Assembly (NCBI GenBank): GCA_964016885.1
Contig: OZ024744.1
Coordinates: 62,682,001-62,746,000 of the forward strand
Length of the DNA: 64,000 nt
Source: Eledone cirrhosa
Taxonomy: Eukaryota
Direction: 5' to 3'
In this document: piece after piece, positions 38,601 through 48,084 of the stretch
Layout of the letters: each line of letters begins with the position of its first letter
Position numbering within the stretch: the first letter of the stretch is position 1
Notes under the pieces: generated by a model
The model's database searches: none
The model's input: the letters and a program-made list of their open reading frames with translations, nothing else
Told to the model about the DNA's origin: nothing
Position numbers and translations under genes: made by a program

Positions 38601-39249
38601 ATCTACCACTAAATTTAGGATGTCAACCGAATCTTGTCCTAGCCCGTCAGCATTCATCTCCTCAGTGGCCGTATCTCTGTTCCAGGTATTATTTATCTCA
38701 GTATTCAGATCATTGTCTGCTTCGGGTGGTTCCTCCGTTCTCAGGACCTCCTCACCTTCATTTCCCGCCGGCTCGCTTGTCTGGCATACTACACCCGCCA
38801 TCTCCAAGCCATTCTCTCTGCTCAGTTCCTCCAGTTCCAGCTCGCTTATCCACCCATTAGTTCTTATTACCCGAGCCTGCCCGGCCAATTTTTGTTCATC
38901 TAATTTAAATAAACCAATCTCGTTCCAGATGTTATGCATCCGTCTCCTGTAGCCCCTCTCCTTGGGGTTACTTTTCAGGTAGCATTGCATAACAGTTCTA
39001 TTCAATTCTTTCGTCCAGTTGGTTCTGGCCCCTTTCCTTCTTCTTCTTCCTCCAACATCAGCAGTATTTGGTTGACAGTCAGGTTCCTGCTGCTGAGCCA
39101 GGGGGCACCTGTTGGGTGAGAGTCTGTCACATGACGTTCTAGTCTCCATTTCACCGTTATTCGAACTGTTTATGTTCGATATTTAAACACTCTTATCGAG
39201 GATTGGCGAATGTATGTTTACATGTTTATTATTATTGTATGTTTACATG

Positions 39250-39255
<6 letters not shown>
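35680..39255 (-). mobile_element. Full-length R4/Dong-like non-LTR retrotransposon in a (TAA)n tract
   Basis: Single intact ORF, short UTRs, TAA repeats on both sides; ~25-bp duplication at the 5' end. Confidence 0.93.
35757..39149 (-). CDS. RT-RLE polyprotein of the R4/Dong-like element, 1130 aa
   Basis: NWKSPGPDG, NYRPITCL, IDYRKAFD, GIFQGDSLSP, FMDD, CRIC..ETVAHIVSEC, RHD, RPDLVV..IVDVACP..EKINRY. Confidence 0.95.
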   Translation of the reverse strand: METRTSCDRLSPNRCPLAQQQEPDCQPNTADVGGRRRRKGARTNWTKELNRTVMQCYLKSNPKERGYRRRMHNIWNEIGLFKLDEQKLAGQARVIRTNGWISELELEELSRENGLEMAGVVCQTSEPAGNEGEEVLRTEEPPEADNDLNTEINNTWNRDTATEEMNADGLGQDSVDILNLVVDELNNDSGRPMNLRFVDRKKLKETTAKVNKVIPYLEARSLHQCNNILKATANTVRKLLGIKARGNNRQERAEPWWKKRLSGQIGEMRNDIGKLESLLNGTLKNIGTKNRLEIKYKTRSKKLNIIIEELKQRIVAKSAKIRRYENRVSQYKQNRMFDNNQKMLFGQLEGKERGNDLIPGAEQAKTFWRGIWEQDVRHNAQAGWIETVQREIGEQAQQQTDLSITVETLKGQAKKLTNWKSPGPDGVQGYWIKHLTSPHPKLTAIFNDYLVSGEVPEWLTKGTTVLIMKDRIKGNDVTNYRPITCLPVMWKLLTSIVSEEIYHHLHTNNLLPDEQKGCRKKSRGTKDQLLIDKMVMGNCRRRHTDLAMGWIDYRKAFDMVPHSWITKSLEIFRVADNIRQLLDRSMGSWETELTSTGVSLGSVKIKRGIFQGDSLSPLLFVLALMPLTIMLRKVRAGYKLGRGELTINHLLFMDDLKLFGKSEKELDVLVDTVRIFSSDICMQFGIGKCGVIVMKRGRLSRSNGIQIPTGEMIKEIDSEEGYKYLGVLEADGIKNKKMKELLRTEYIRRVRSVLKSHLNSRNAISAVNSRAVSIIRYSAGILRWNVAEQKEMDRKTRKILTIYNMFHKRSDVDRLYLRRSEGGRGLISIEDCVQMEKNNLYKYVTYSKEPMLRAVLKEGTVGQGISKEEITSRRKSSLKGKSLHSTFFEKTEFRDPQTWNWLRRGDLKKATEGMLMAAQEQALKTKWLKHHIYKEEASPLCRICGEREETVAHIVSECKHLAQTHYKGWRHDVMGRVIHWHLFKVNNLPHSEKWYEHRPEAVMENDQVKVLWDFRIQTDKKLEHNRPDLVVVDKEKRSCLIVDVACPFDTRVQEKEREKINRYQDLKWEVKRIWNCHEVKVIPIVIGALGTISKGFQGWLKKIGPFTLFGTLQKACLLGTARTLRYVLNI

Positions 39256-39305
<50 letters not shown>

Positions 39306-39701
39306 GGGGTCGATAAAATAAAGTACCAGTAATGTACTAGGTAATTGCTGGCCTTGTGCCAAAAGTAGAAACATTTATTATTATTACTATTCCTTACATT
39401 AAACTATAATTACACTCCTTATTCCTTACATTGAACTGCAACTATGTTGACACTCTTTAAATAACGTCTTCCTTGTGAATTTTGTGGTCTTGTTTTGCTT
39501 AACTAATGAATATATATATATAGTTATGTAATAAACAACATAAGATAATTATTTCATTTACCAGTGGTTTGTTGAAAGCAGATATTGCATCTGTTTTCAC
39601 TCGTCAGAATGAATAAAAACCATGGTGTTTTTATATATTTATATATATATATATAAACACATACACATACAGACACCCATAAATACATACACATACACAC
39701 G

Positions 39702-39765
<64 letters not shown>

Positions 39766-40074
39766 CACACATATACATACATACATACACATATATACAC
39801 ACATATACATATACATTCATATATTTTTGCAGACTTCACAAATGAATACCCATTGTTTGCTTGGATAAATGAACCTTAAAAATTAGGAGTGCCCCTCAGT
39901 GTGTTCATGTTTCTCTATAGGTACTTATTGTGAATTTTTTCTACCTTTGTATTTTTCTCTAATTATAGTTTTTAAAAAATCCCCTTTCTTTAAATCCATC
40001 AACCAATTACCTCCATCCATCCCAATCACTACCACCAGAAAATGTATAAATACCACCATATTACATTGACAGTC

Positions 40075-40125
40075 GGCTTCCTGATGATTTCTCCCGAATG
40101 AAACAGCTCTAGTCCTGTAGAAACC
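40075..40125 (+). ncRNA. Type I hammerhead motif (sister of 24485-24535)
   Basis: Same core and stems, one stem I mismatch; 40029-40130 is the reverse complement of ~24480-24580. Confidence 0.7.
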
Positions 40126-40414
40126 ATTTCTATATTAAATATTTATACTCTGCTATGTATTGAGTGCCTTACTTACTGTGGTTACCCCGGTTGAACCCAG
40201 GATAATATATATATATATAAATGAAAGGATTACAAAGGAGAATATATACTGTTAGAACATGTTTATACAAAAGCACCTACGTACGTTTCGCCCGAAAAGG
40301 GGTTCTCAAGGGCATACAAATCTATAGAGTGTTCGGTACGGGACCCAGGAGGGGTTTAAGGTGATCATCACATCAAAGTTCATTCTTAGTTCAAACAGGT
40401 AAGCTGTTATTGCC

Positions 40415-40493
<79 letters not shown>

Positions 40494-40534
40494 CAGAATA
40501 TAAAACAATCAATTTTTTGTTTAATGTATTTAAT

Positions 40535-40581
40535 TGCTGACGATCGTTTCTTCCAGACAACTGTCTGGAATCATCAGAGCA
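40535..40581 (-). ncRNA. Type I hammerhead ribozyme motif, canonical core
   Basis: UGCU-CUGAUGA-UUCCAGACA-GU-UGUCUGGAA-GAAA-CGAUCG-UC-AGCA; GUC triplet; palindromic stem III. Confidence 0.85.
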
Positions 40582-41904
40582 TAGACAATGTTTAAACAAG
40601 TAATTACATTCGTAGTCCTTAAAACATTCATTAAGATACATTATTATTGACAGTGTCAGTGACATATTGAAAAACAAGAGTAATAAAATGCTATTACATT
40701 GAACAAATACCAAATTATTGGAAGCTGTTATAAAGAGGGAGTTGCTATAAGTGAGTATATCAAGCATATTTCACAGAAGATGAGTGGTAGAACGCATTAA
40801 GGTAATACAGATGCAAAATGATACCAAGCATATACGTGATATTGCAATAAAAAGAAATCAAAATATTGAAAGGTGTTGTAAGAAGAGTAGAAGTAGTGAA
40901 AATATCAGGTACATAATGTGAATAATAGCATGCATTAGGGTAAAACAGAAAGTGAATATATCAAGCAAATTACACACAGAATGTTAATAAAAGCATGCAT
41001 TAAGGCAGAACAGATACATAATGATAGCATAGATATAAATATTATGTAAGTATTAAATGGCGAATTAGTTGCATTCAAAGATGTTTATATTAGAATTAGT
41101 GTAAAAATTCTTATGTTGGGGGTAATGTGAATATTTTATGTAAGAAATGTTAATATTTATAGTTCTGGCGTGTATACGCAATAAGCATAGATTTGTGAAG
41201 TTTAAATAAGTATATAAAGCAAACATTAATCCGACGGTTTCTGTTGCCATGTGTTTGAAAAATATTAGATTACACATTCCTCAAAGTAGTAATTCGATAA
41301 AGAATTATAGTAGAAGTCAACACCGCTTTTACGAAGTCTCATGAGAGCAATGGTGTAAGGTTTAGTAACGCTCGGATTTTGAAATAAGGAATAGATTACT
41401 AGTAATATCTATTCGTTATTTGAAAACATCGAGTTGGAGAAGAAATATCATATAGAAGAACATTGAAGTACCTTATATATAACCCATACCTTTGGATTTA
41501 ATGTTTGTTTTATATATTTATTTGAACTTTTACAACTCTATACTTATTGCCTGCATACGTTATAACTATAGATTTTAACATTTACTACATACACTTTTTA
41601 TAAAACCTCTTGCATAATTCATCATATAATGCTTACATAACACATATATACATGCTACCACTACACATCTGTCTTTCCTTACTGCATGCTTTTATTTACA
41701 TTCTTTGTTTGATATCCTTGATATATTGACTTAAAGTAGTACTCTATTTATGATATTTTTCAATATGTTACTATCTTTTCATGGTAATATCATTTTGTTT
41801 TTCTTGCTCTTATATATATATTGTTACTGACACTATTAATTATAATGCATCTTAATGAATGTTCTAAAGATTAGGAATTTATTTATTTGTTTTATCATTG
41901 TGCA

Positions 41905-41951
41905 TGCTCCTATGATTCCAGACATTTGTCTGGAAGAAACGATCGTCAGCA
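41905..41951 (+). ncRNA. Hammerhead motif with mutated core
   Basis: Same stems as 40535-40581, but CCUAUGA replaces CUGAUGA. Confidence 0.55.
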
Positions 41952-42010
41952 ATTAAATGCATTAAACAAAAATTTGATTGTTTTATATATTGCATATATA
42001 TAAAGGGAGT

Positions 42011-42047
<37 letters not shown>

Positions 42048-42331
42048 TATAAAAAGGAATAATAGATACAATATACCTATTTTTTTCTTTAGTCCCGACT
42101 GTACAGTTTCGCTGGTCACTATGCAAAAATGTTATATCATAGATATGTAACATTGTTGGGAGGTAAGCCAGCTTATCAAGATAGCACCTCAGGGAAGAGC
42201 CCTAACTACATACGTCCGTAGCATGCGAGAAAATCTTAAGGTCGACAACATACAATCTCACATACTTGTGAAAAATATATGTTTATATATACATGTATAT
42301 GTATGTATACACATATATTTGTATACCTCTC

Positions 42332-42461
<130 letters not shown>

Positions 42462-43120
42462 TCTTTAAAATCACTTCCGGAAATTAAACCGTTAGTAAAA
42501 TCCCTCCACAGAAACTTGAAACCCTGATAGCAATATATTAGGACCGGTGTACAATCCTTGGCTGTGGCTGATTAAAAACATTCACTAAAATAAAACAGCC
42601 AATGTAATGGAAAAGATAGCAATAACATTGATACTCTCAGCACATATACATTTGAATATTACAGAAACAACAGTCACACTACATCCACCATAAAGCCATA
42701 GTTTTAATACAAAAACAGCTTTGCCTGATATGCTTATTTCATGTGATAACTTTGCTTTGCCTTGCAAAAAATTATATATGCCTAATATCATTGCTTGTTT
42801 CCTTCCTATATATGACTAATGCATCTGCACTCTCTTAACGCTTGCATATGTACTGCTAGTGTCCTCGTTTTACGAGTAACTTTCTACCTTAATGCCTCTT
42901 TAATTGTTATACTATTCCCTTATAATCTCTGTCGCTTGCATTCCACTCTGTACCTTTATAATTTTTAATTTGTAATTTTAATTATTGTACAATTCTCTTG
43001 TAATCTATGTTGCATCCATTTCACCTTGTAAATACGAAACTGTTGACAACATTAATATCCATGTATCTATATGATTGTTCAGTTGAATATGAGGTTAATT
43101 ATATGTACAAACATTGCTAC

Positions 43121-43167
43121 TGCTTCGATGATTCCAACCTATCGTTTGGAAGAAACAATTGTCAGCA
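43121..43167 (+). ncRNA. Hammerhead motif with mutated core, at the end of a decayed PLE 3' region (~42470-43210)
   Basis: UGCU-UCGAUGA-UUCCAA..UUGGAA-GAAA-CAAUUG-UC-AGCA. Confidence 0.55.
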
Positions 43168-43334
43168 TTAAAATGATTTGAACATAGCTTTGATTATTGT
43201 GTAATTTATATTCCGGCTCTGTAAAACAGCTCATGTATTTATTTACATTGAGCTATTTTTTCTTACTGATAATAAGGTAGTAATAAGTTACTGACCTTTC
43301 CTGTTTATAGTTGTATATAGTGTATATAACTATA

Positions 43335-43407
<73 letters not shown>

Positions 43408-43514
43408 GGCTCTCTTTAATCACGAATGACCATAGGATTTGCCCATGGAAAGTCCTAGCACAAGATCTCCACGCCAGTCTTGTTGAACAAGGGAAAAGTA
43501 TAGGCTGATACAGT

Positions 43515-43615
43515 TTGGAACAACGTGAAACAAAGTGCTTTGCTCAAGTCTGAGAATCGAACTCACAATCTAAAGATTGAAAGTCCAACGCTCTAACCAC
43601 TAAGCCACACGCCCT
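43515..43615 (-). mobile_element. SINE family 2 head fragment
   Basis: GGCGTGTGGCTTAGTGGTTAGAGCG...GAGTTCGATTC..CTTGAGCAAAGCACT. Confidence 0.7.
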
Positions 43616-43956
43616 CACACATACACATATATATATATATTCAATTTAAGTAAAAAAAACTCTTATTTATGGGAGTATAAGCCAGACATGATAATTTTTT
43701 TTTTAGTCTATCTCACTTATGTATCGATAACAAAAAACAATTTTTTAACGGAAAACCTTTAAAAATTATTTTTAAAAAATAAAATACAAACGAAGGACGC
43801 AGAACACCATGGTCATCAGCCGTTGAGGTGGACTTGGGTAGTTTCGACCCCTACAAACGATACTACTGGTCACAGCATCTGACGCAAGCCAAACGCTGTC
43901 CAGTGGAGTAAGAGACAGGAGACAACATTAATTTATAGCAATATTCTGTAATATTC

Positions 43957-44193
43957 TGGTATTTTATAACAATTCAATTTTATAATTTTACAATTTTATA
44001 ATTTTACAATTTTATAACTTTGCCATGTAGATAGATCTAATAAGTTCTTTGTTAACTTCGGTGGAAAGTTGTTTTTTTTTAAATCCTGATTCTCGCATTC
44101 GTCAGTGGCAATTGTCAAACTGATCCTTTTTTTAAAAACTTTCCACCGAAGTTAACAAAGGACAACGTAGCAAAATTGTAAAATTAAATTGTT
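43957..44193. repeat. Imperfect foldback
   Basis: CTTTGTTAACTTCGGTGGAAAGTT (44047-44070) is inverted at 44137-44160; the outer arms also pair. Confidence 0.75.
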
Positions 44194-44435
44194 ATAGAAT
44201 ACCAACTACAAGAGGGAAGTTCTTTTCCTTTTTTCAAATAATCCTTACTGTATCAAGGATCTCACGCATTTGCAATATTTGTATATATATTGTTATACTT
44301 TGGGATGGTCGTGTTGCCAATAAGAAACACACGCACCAGTTGCTTTCACTCTAATTTATTAGAAATTAAATTATAAATTAAAAAAGATTTATAAATTTCC
44401 GGTTGGTTCCACAACCGGACGGTTGTTCATATATT

Positions 44436-44478
44436 GTCAAAGTTCTTTCGTCACACATTCTGTGACCTCTTCAGTGAC
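44436..44478 (-). ncRNA. Type I hammerhead motif in the PLE 3' repeat
   Basis: GUCA-CUGAAGA-G-GUCAC-AGAAUGU-GUGAC-GAAA-GAAC-UU-UGAC. Confidence 0.7.
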
Positions 44479-44706
44479 TGGGGATTCTTTTCTTTGTTTT
44501 GTGCCTCTCCTTTGTTCTGTCCTACGCCAGCTTGTTTTTGCGTGTGTTGTGTGCTTAGTTTGCGTATGTCTTACATCCGGGTGTCTGTGTGTGTTTTTGT
44601 TTGTTTATTTACATGTTACTGGTTGGTTGTTTGTTCTATGTGTGTGTGTTTTCATTTTGTCCTTAATTGTAAGTTGTGATGATGCTATTCCATTCATGTT
44701 TTCTAT

Positions 44707-45714
44707 TTAATTTGGTTGGAGTTCATTTATGTTAATTGCCTCTGTGATTTGTCTAAACATTGAGTCTTTTCTGTGTGTAGATTTTATTTTTATTTCTATG
44801 TTCTCTAATTTGCCCTTATGTTCTATTTTAGCATGTTGGTGGAGTACTGATGACTCTTTTCTATCTTGAAGCTCTCGCCAGTGTTCATTTAATCGTTCTC
44901 CTATACTACGAGCTGTCTCACCTATGTACACTATATTCTTATCTTTACATTGTCCTTCAGTACATCTTATGCTATATACTATGTTTCTAGTTTTACAGTT
45001 AATATGGGGGCTTAGTTTACAGATTATGCATTTCTTATCTATACATGGAGGTCTTTGAAAAGGGTATGTCTTACTAATAAGTGTTTTTATGGAGGTACCT
45101 GGTCTTTCTACTATCTTAATATTTAGTTTAAGTTTATCTAGGGCCCTTCTAAATTTGTAAGCTAATTCACCTCTAGTATTGATGAACATTACACTCTGGT
45201 ATTTATTGCTATCATACCATGAGTTTATTCTATTAACCTTATTCCTAGTTCTTTCTATTCTATTCCAAAATTTGCTCTTATACAAGGGGCAGGTCCCATT
45301 TGTATCATTATTTACTATTTTTTCCCATTTGGTTCTGGCTCCTCTATATACTCTGATTTTATCTCTCTGATTGTAACCAGAGAACTGTATACGGTGGATG
45401 AAGTGTTGTATGTATCTCTCTAGTTCTTTGGGGTTGCACATGCGGGACACGTTTCTCATCACCCGTACTAAATCCGCAATCAGTATGTTGATTTTGGTGT
45501 GACCCGAAACAGCTGAGTTTCGGTGGATCAGATATTTGGAAGTCATGGGTTTGGCATAATGGGAATGGAGGATATGTTTTTTGCTATTAATGGTTTCTAA
45601 CCAGAGCTCTGTGTCTAGTACAGGTAATCGATGGTTGGGGTGTTTGCTTGGGTAGTCTATAGTAACTCTAATACTCTGGTGGATGGAGTTAGCTATTTGC
45701 TGGATGCTTTCCAT
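44707..45714 (-). pseudogene. PLE RT C-terminal part plus GIY-YIG endonuclease
   Basis: 335-aa ORF; frameshifted relative to the upstream YVDD. Confidence 0.9.
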
Positions 45715-46275
45715 GGTGTTTTTCTTTAATTCCTGACTGTTCTCTAGTGGGGTGTTTTTACTACGATGTTTATATCATCAACGTAGCGAGAGTATATTAT
45801 CAGGGTTAAGAGGTTGCTGTCTTCTAATTGTTCTTTAAGTTTATTGTTTATAGAAATAAACTTGCTCTCTTCTAATTGTTCTTTAAGTTTATTGTTTATA
45901 GAAAAGAGTCATCAGTACTCCACCAACATGCTAAAATAGAACATAAGGGCAAATTAGAGAACATAGAAATAAAAATAAAATCTACACACAGAAAAGACGC
46001 AATGTTTAGACAAATCAGCATAAATGAACTCCAACCAAAATTAAATAGAAAACATGAATGGAATAGTAACATCACAACTTACAATTAAGGACAAAATGAA
46101 AACAGACACACATAGAACAAACAACCAACCAGTAACATGTAAATAAACAAATAAACAAAAAACACAGAGACATCCGGATGTAAGACATACGCAAACTAAG
46201 CACACAACACACACAAAAACAAGATGACATAGGACAGAACAAAGGAGAGGCACAAAACAAAGAAAAGAATCCCCA

Positions 46276-46318
46276 GTCACTGAAGAGGTCACAGAATGTG
46301 TGACGAAAGAACTTTGAC
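46276..46318 (+). ncRNA. Type I hammerhead motif in the inverted pseudo-LTR
   Basis: Identical mirror of 44436-44478. Confidence 0.7.
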
Positions 46319-46540
46319 AATATATGAACAACCGTCCGGTTGTGGAACCAACCAACCAACCGGAAATTTATAAATCTTTTTTAATTTATAATTTAATTTC
46401 TAATAAATTGAAGTGAAAGCAACTGGTGCGTGTGTTTCTTATTGGTAACATGACCCTCCCAAAGCATAACAATATCGGTTTCAACATACGTTTTCAGATA
46501 AAGAATCTTGCTAAATAAATTCAGAAACGAAAAATATATA

Positions 46541-46592
<52 letters not shown>

Positions 46593-47069
46593 GAGAGGGG
46601 GGGGGGGGGGGTCTAGGTCAACATTGATATGATTAAAGGCATACAATTAAAACGCACCCATTCCCCTCTTGATACGAAACCAAATCTCCCTCAAGTCACA
46701 CTCTCAGACACATTATGTAATGAGTCCTAGGGTGTGATTTTATGTAAATTTGCTTACTATTTCTAGCAGTTCTGGCGACCATCTAGAGACTCCAATCAAT
46801 CTAATGCCTGTCATTGGTTACTATGAAGCCAAGTTCGGCGGTAAAGTGACGGCGAGAACGTGGCGTGCAATCGCTGTTCCACGGTCAAAGGAAATTCAAA
46901 TGAAAGACCCAAGTGCCTTTGACGTGTAAATCGATCGATAATTACTGCGTATGGGACAAAAACATAAATAAACCACCTAGTAGCTGTTTCTTCCCCTAGA
47001 TAACAGGAAGAAGGTACGGTATTCCGTCAAGTGGAGCAAACGATTAGAAGACTTGGGGAGGTCGACAGC

Positions 47070-47248
47070 CAGTGCCAGATTTAGGATAAATGAGGCCCCG
47101 TACTAGTTAAGTTATGAGGCCCCTTACTTGGGCCCTGAAGGAAGTAATTCATCGTAGAAATTTTCTTAGCAGGAATATGCCCTCCTCCCCCCGGCCAACA
47201 GAGCTCAGTGCTTAAGCATACCTAAGCACAATGGTAAATCTAGCACTG
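47070..47248. mobile_element. hAT-like MITE
   Basis: TIRs CAGTGCCAGATTTA / TAAATCTAGCACTG (13 of 14 match); no TSD seen. Confidence 0.6.
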
Positions 47249-47560
47249 CATGTTAGCTCTGATCAAACGAACCCATGGAACACACACACACTCACACATA
47301 ATAGTGCAATCCACATATCTATTTTTCCAAATATAAAATGCCTCCACAGAGTTTCGGGTGTGTAGAATTTTATTAAAACTGTACATATAAACACAATTTA
47401 TATAATGAATATGATCACAAAAGAAACAAATCAATAAAAATTAATCAGGGGTAAAAAAAATAATAAAAAGTCGTGCACCCTACAACAGGGAATATTGGTG
47501 GTGTTTATTGAAGTATGGTCTGTCGAGGACTATTCTACACACTCAGACATGCAGTAATAT

Positions 47561-47755
47561 CAGACCTGCCAACCTCCAAAAATCCAAACGGGGTGTACCA
47601 TGAAAATAAAGTGTCCTAAAACGGAGAAATAAGGCAAAATGGGGGAGATTTTACATAATGAAAGCTATACCCATTTTCACAAGAGAAGACATCTCTCACA
47701 CACCCCAAAGTGGGTGGGTGATCTCCCCGTCGGACTGGGAGAGTTGACAGGTCTG
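47561..47755. mobile_element. MITE with CAGACCTGCCAAC TIRs
   Basis: TIRs plus an apparent 6-bp TSD TAATAT. Confidence 0.8.
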
Positions 47756-48084
47756 TAATATGCATTACCTAAAGGACAGTGTGACAGTTCTATATACAGT
47801 TATTTGTCATGGGATATGCAAGTGTTGTTTATTTGAATAGAAAAATAGTCAAATAAAAGACAATTAATTACATATTAAAGATGATTGAATACCATTTTTT
47901 ATTTACAAATTCTTCTCTTTTTTTTTAGAGTATAGGCATCTTTATTTTATATAGAAATATCTTCTTTCTAATAGCAAAATACTTTATTCACAGTTGTATA
48001 AATAACATTACAGATTGTTTATAATTCACACAGAATGAAAATATTAACAAATAATAAATACAATTAATTATTGCTAGGAACATC

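Larger units (their letters stand above)
40495..41992. mobile_element. Diverged inverted pair of PLE terminal repeats
   Basis: The ends are reverse complements with hammerheads at 40535-40581 (-) and 41905-41951 (+); patchy inverted similarity extends inward for several hundred bp. Confidence 0.7.
44286..46475 (-). mobile_element. Penelope-like element, 5'-truncated, with inverted pseudo-LTR
   Basis: RYVDDINIV at ~45762-45788 (-). ORF 44707-45714 has LPVLD, a thumb region and NIVYSIRC..IVYIGETARSIGERLNEH. 45898-46475 is the reverse complement of 44286-44865. Confidence 0.93.

Noticed and set aside
43805-43885. Intact hammerhead
   Set aside because: Core pieces are present on the minus strand but stems I and II do not pair cleanly; counted only as decayed.
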